From: the human T2T-CHM13v2.0 reference genome, Homo sapiens
Reading direction: 5' to 3' (one strand)
NCBI RefSeq assembly: GCF_009914755.1
Contig: NC_060928.1
DNA: 64,000 nucleotides
The translations under genes and the position numbers were made by a program. The notes under the pieces were generated by a model that was not told the origin of the DNA, did not search any database, and worked only from the letters and a program-made list of their open reading frames with translations. Shown here piece by piece: positions 59,121 through 64,000 of the stretch (the first letter of the stretch is position 1; each line of letters starts with the position of its first letter).

Positions 59121-60744
59121 AAAACATTCAAAAACTTATGTTAAATGGTGAATTGTAAAACAGAAATGAAATGCTGCTAGTAGATTCAGTCTGATCTTCA
59201 GACATGTTTTGTTCAATGGGTCAAAAATGGGTCAAAAATGGATCAAAGTAAATCCATGTTCTTATTCTTTCACCACAGTCAGCCTAGTGACAACATGAAT
59301 GCTCTAGTTCCTCAGTAAGTGAGACTACTAAAATGGGAGCCTGCATCTTTCTCCACTGTCCTTTTACATGCAATTACCTGACTCTACCTTTAGCCTGTCA
59401 ACAGGTTAAAGGTATTTGGATGAAAATACAGTGGGGCCCTGAATCACCTAAGAACTATAGGTGCTATCTTCTGAAAATGGAAAAAGGGGGGGATAGGAGT
59501 GGGTGTAGTACTAGAGATCCTACCAGGCTAAGGACAGGGATGCTACACCCTTGAGGATCCATTGTCTGAGATGGTCCCTCTTAGGACTACCCTGGAGACC
59601 ATCTTCCTGAGATCTGGATTCACCCCTCAGTACAGGGAGCTTAGCTACTCACAGTCACATAGAAGTCATGTGATGCACATATTAACCAGGCTAGTAGACA
59701 CACTTTACTAAGAACTAGGTGAGACTACTCTTAAAGCTCTTGGGCTGGGTTAGATGTATATTTAAGTCTCAACTATTCCCACCTGTGAGTTGTAGCGCTA
59801 ATCCTAACTTAAAATCTTGTGGTCCAGAAGTAATTCCTCTCCTACTGGTAAGGGACATGTCCTGTAGGCTTGCTGGGCATCAGAGGGCAAACTATCCATG
59901 CTGTCCTCAATCCTTCCAGCTCCTAGGGAAACTGGTAAATGTTTGACAAGGCAAAATAATCTAAATGCAGGAGTTGAAGTGATTTAGGTTGTTGGCTCCT
60001 ATAAGGTACAGTAACTTCAGACTGGCAGGGAGTGGACAGTTGTGGATTCTTGCACCACCTGTGGGGAACAAGTCTCCAGGGTGTTACAGGGGTGGGGCAT
60101 GGGGAGAATGAGCTGTATCAGCAGCTGGTGTCAGAATAGGGACCCCAGCTGGAACTGGAGCAGCTGTTGCAGCTGTGGGACCACTCAATCCCCAGAATAG
60201 GAGGGACCTGGGGAGGGCAGGTTGGACTTTCCATCTCTGAGGGGAAGGTGGAAGCTGGACAGCCTGCAGAGGATTAGGGTTGTGATGCTTGGCCTGATGA
60301 AGTGCCCATCTACTGCAGGCAGGGTCTGTGCAGAACATATCCAAGGAGGTCTTGCTCATTCTTCCTGGTTGTAGAATTCTTCAGAACAATTGGCCTTGGC
60401 ATTGAAGGTAGCTCAAAACCCATTATAGTGTCCTGGAGTAAAACTGATCCTATAACCCATGTACCTCCTTCCCTCTTTCCATGGCAGGTGTGAAGTATGC
60501 ATATGAGGGGACTGCATTGGGAACATCTGGAAGCTGAGGTTCTTGTTACTCTGAATCCATTTTGATTGTGACATTCTACTTGGGCTTTGGCTGCTTCAGA
60601 GCTCATGCCAGCAAGAAGGTCTTTTTCCCCTTCTATTATAAGGCAGCTGGACCTGTAGCATCAGCTCAGGATGGCATAGTCCCGGGGAGGAGGAGGAGGC
60701 TGTGCTTAAGTCCTAGCCCCTAACTGTTCCCTGGTGCTCTCTGC

Positions 60745-62470
60745 CCATGCTCTTGGGCAGCTCAACCCCTGTGGCTTTGTAGGGTACCATATCAGGGAAG
60801 CAGCTTCCAATATTTCAACATAGGTTCTTTCTATTTTCCCCAAGTGTCATCTGGTCTGAGAAAGAGTACAAAGAGAGGAATTTTACAGCTGGGCCACCAG
60901 GGGTGACATCACATATCGGTAGGTCTGTGATGCCCACCTGAGCTGCAAAACCAGCAAGTTTTTATTAGGGTTTTCAAAAAGGGAGGGGGTTGCACAGACA
61001 GGGAGTAGGTCACAAAGATCACATGTTTCAAAGGGCAAAAGGCAGAGCAAGGATCACATGTTTCTGAGGAAACAGGACCAGGGCAAAATCAGAAACTCCT
61101 GATAAGGGTCTATGTTCAGCAGTGCACGTATTGTCTTGATAAACATCTTAACAGAAAACGGAGTTTGAGAGCAGAGAACTGGTCTGACCTCAAATTTACC
61201 AGGGCTGGGGTTTCCCAATCCCAGTAAGCCTGAGGGTACTGCAGGAGACCAGGGCGTGTCTCAGTCCTTATCTCAACTGCATAGGACAGACACTCCCAGA
61301 GTGGTCAATTATAGACCTCCCCCCAGGAATGCAATTCTTTTCCTAGGGTCTTAATATTATATTCCTTGCTAGGAAAAGAATTTAGCAATATCTCTCCTAC
61401 TTTTGCACATCCATTTATAGGCTCTCTGCAAGAAGAAAAATATGGTTCTTTTTGCCAAACCCCACAGGCAGACAGACCTTATGGTTGTCTTCCCTTGTTC
61501 CCTAAAATTGCCATTATTCTGTTCATTTTCAAGGTGCAGTGATTTCATATTGCTCAAACACACATGTTTTACAATCAATTTGTACAGTTAATGTAATCAT
61601 CACAGGGTCCTGAGGTGATGTACATCCTCAGCTTATGAAGATAACAGGATTAAGAGATTAAAGTAAGACAGGTGTAAGAAATTATAAGAGTATTATTAGG
61701 GAAGTGATAAATGTTCATGAAATCTTCACAATTTATGACCTCTGCTGTGGCTCCAGCCAGTCCCTCAGTTTGGGGTCCCTGACTTCCAACAACAGTGCAG
61801 CCTCCCTCCCAGCTGCTTTCACAGGCTGGCATTGAGTGTCTGGTTTTCCAGGCACATGATGCAAGCTGTCAGTGGATCTACCATTCTGGGGTCTGGAGTA
61901 TGGTGGCCCTCTTCTCACAGCTCCACTAGGGTGCTGCCCCAGTAGGGACTCTGTCAGGTTGCTCCAGCCCCACATTTCCCTTTTGTATTACCTTAGCAGA
62001 GTTTCTCCATGAGACAACTGCCCCTGCAGCAAACTTCTGCCTGGACATCCAGGCATTTCCGTATATCCTCAGAAACATAGGCAGAGGTTCCCAAACCTCA
62101 ATTCTTGACTTCTGTGCACCTGCAAGCTTAACACCATATGGAAGCTGCCAAGGTTTTGTTTGCTCCCTCTGAAGCCATGGCCCAAGCTGTACCTTGGCCT
62201 CTTTTAGTCATGGCTGGAGTGGCTGGAACACAGGGCACTAAGTCCCTATACTGCACACAGCACAGGGACCCTGGGCCTGGCCCAGGCCCATGAAACCATT
62301 TTCTCTTCCTAGGCCTCCAGGCCTGTGATGGGAGGGCCTGCTGTGAAGACCTCTGACATTTCCTGGAGACATATTCCCCATTGTCTTGGGTATTAAATTT
62401 TTTCTCCTTGTTACTTATGAAAATTTCTGTAGCCAGCTTGAATTATTCAGAAAATGGGATTTTCTTTTCT
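60745..62470 (-). mobile_element. THE1 internal region (MaLR-int), interrupted by MER11 and by an L1
   Basis: CTTGGGCAGCTC.ACCCCTGTGGCTTTG.AGGGTAC / AGCCTCCCTCC..CTGCTTTCACAGGCTGGCATTGAGTGTCTG..GCAAGCTGTCAGTGGATCTACCATTCTGGGGTCTGGAG..CAGAAAATGGGATTTTC. Confidence 0.9.
60790..61794 (-). mobile_element. MER11 solo LTR inserted in THE1-int
   Basis: Minus strand begins TGTTGTTGGAAGTCAGGGACCCCAAAC. Body homologous to 4657-5733 with fewer internal GATAAG repeats. TSD is degenerate (GTACCA/GTGCAG). Confidence 0.92.
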
Positions 62471-64000
62471 TTTTTTTTAATTACACTTTAAGTTCTAGGG
62501 TACATGTGCACAACGTACAGGTTTGTTACATATATATACATGTGCCATGTTGGTGTTCTGCACCCATTAACTCATCATTTACATTAGGTATATCTCCGAA
62601 CGCTATCTTTCCCACCTCCCCCCACCCCACAACAGGCCCCAATGTGTGATGTTCCCCTTCCTGTGTCCAAGAGTTCTCATTGTTCAATTCCCACCTATGA
62701 GTGAGAACATGTGGTGGTTTGTTTTCCGTCCTTGTGATAGTTTGCTCAGAATGATGGTTTCCAGCTTCATCCATGTCCCTACAAAGGATATGAACTCATG
62801 CTTTTTTATGTCTGCGTAGTCTTCCATGGTATATATATGCCACAATGTCTTAATCCAGTCTATCAATGATGGACATTTGGGTTGGTTCCAAGTCTTTGCT
62901 ATTGTGAATAGTGCCTCAATAAACATACGTGTGCATGTGTCTTTATAACAGCATGATTTATAAGCCTTTGGGTATATACCCAGTAATGGGATGGCTGGGT
63001 CAAATGGTATTTCTAGTTCTAGATCCTTGAGGAATCTCCACACTGTCTTCCACAATGGTTGAACTAGTTTACAGTCCCACCAAGAGTGTAAAAGTGTTCC
63101 TATTTCTCCATATCCTCTCCAGCACCTGTTGTTTCCTGACTTTTTAATGATTCTCATTCTAACTGGTGTGAGATGGTATCTCATTGTGGTTTTGATTTGC
63201 ATTTCTCTGATGGCCAGTGATGATGAGCATTTTTTCATGTGTCTTTTGGCTGCATAAATGTCGTCTTTTGAGAAGTGTCTGTCCATATCCTTTGCCCACT
63301 TTTTGATGGGGTTGTTTGATTTTTTTTCTGGTAAGTTTAAGTTCCTTGTAGATTCTGGATATTAGCCCTTTGTCAGATGGGTAGATTGTAAAAATATTCT
63401 CCCATTCTGTAGGTTGCCTGTTCACTCTGATGGTGGTTTCTTTTGCTGTGCGGAAGCTCTTTAGTTTAACTAGATCCCATTTGTCAATTTTGGCTTCTGT
63501 TGCCATTGTTTTTGGTGTTTTAGACACGAAGTCCTTGCCTATGCCTATGTCCTGAATGGTATTGCCTAGGTTTTCTTCAAGGGTTTTTATGGTTTTAGGT
63601 CTAACGTTTAAGTCTTTAATCCATCTTGAATTAATTTTTGTATAAGGTGTAAGGAAGGGATACAGTTTCAGCTTTTACATATGGCTAGCCAGTTTTCCCA
63701 GCACCGTTTATTAAATAGGGAATCATTTCCCCATTTCTTGTTTTTGTTAGGTTTGTCAAATGTCAGATGGTTGTAGATGTGTGGTGTTATTTCTGAGGGC
63801 TCTGTTCTGTTCCATTGGTCTATAACACTGTTTTGGTACCAGTACCATGCTGTTTTCATTACTGTAGCCTTGTAGAGTAGTTTGAAGTCAGGTAGGGTGA
63901 TGCCTCTAGCTTTGTTCTTTTGGCTTAGGATTGTCTTGGCAATGCAGGCTCTTTTTTGGTTCCATATGAACTTTAAAGTAGTTTTTTCCAATACTGTGAA
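62461..64000 (-). mobile_element. LINE-1 (L1PA5-like) 3' part; continues right of the window
   Basis: Poly(T), TTTAAGTTCTAGGGTACATGTGCACAACG; ORF2 C-terminal frames (..[18 protein letters not shown]..; [23 protein letters not shown]). Confidence 0.96.

Noticed and set aside
59216-59250. Short tandem AATGGGTCAAA x3; also a 17-bp duplication at 43693-43726
   Set aside because: Ordinary local slippage, with no spacer structure and not CRISPR-like.

Overview
Primate (very probably human) non-coding genomic DNA. I find no credible protein-coding gene, tRNA or rRNA; the ORFs I can assign are LINE-1 fragments, and the rest look like chance frames in decayed repeats. The apparently 'unique' DNA is not unique. 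The window is an ancient, head-to-tail, mosaic array of multi-kb paralogous blocks with a period of about 23 kb (e.g. 0.5-11.4 kb ~ 23.7-32.2 kb; 21.0-25.9 kb ~ 57.7-60.7 kb; 12.9-16.8 kb ~ 33.6-35.8 kb ~ 46.8-54.7 kb). Copy-specific insertions (MER44, Tigger3a, Hsmar1, MER11, L1PA, Alu) order the duplication rounds. The dated transposons carry many 2-5 bp deletions in short tandem repeats, and the long elements lie mostly antisense to the + strand. Together this suggests, by inference only, a heavily germline-transcribed + strand non-coding locus such as a piRNA-cluster-like or lncRNA precursor. Other points: a chimeric L1 with two 5' ends, a very young L1 3' end with three TAG>TGG changes, and a micro-inversion between paralogues. 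Repeat family calls come from remembered consensus sequences, and paralogy was matched by eye, not computed.
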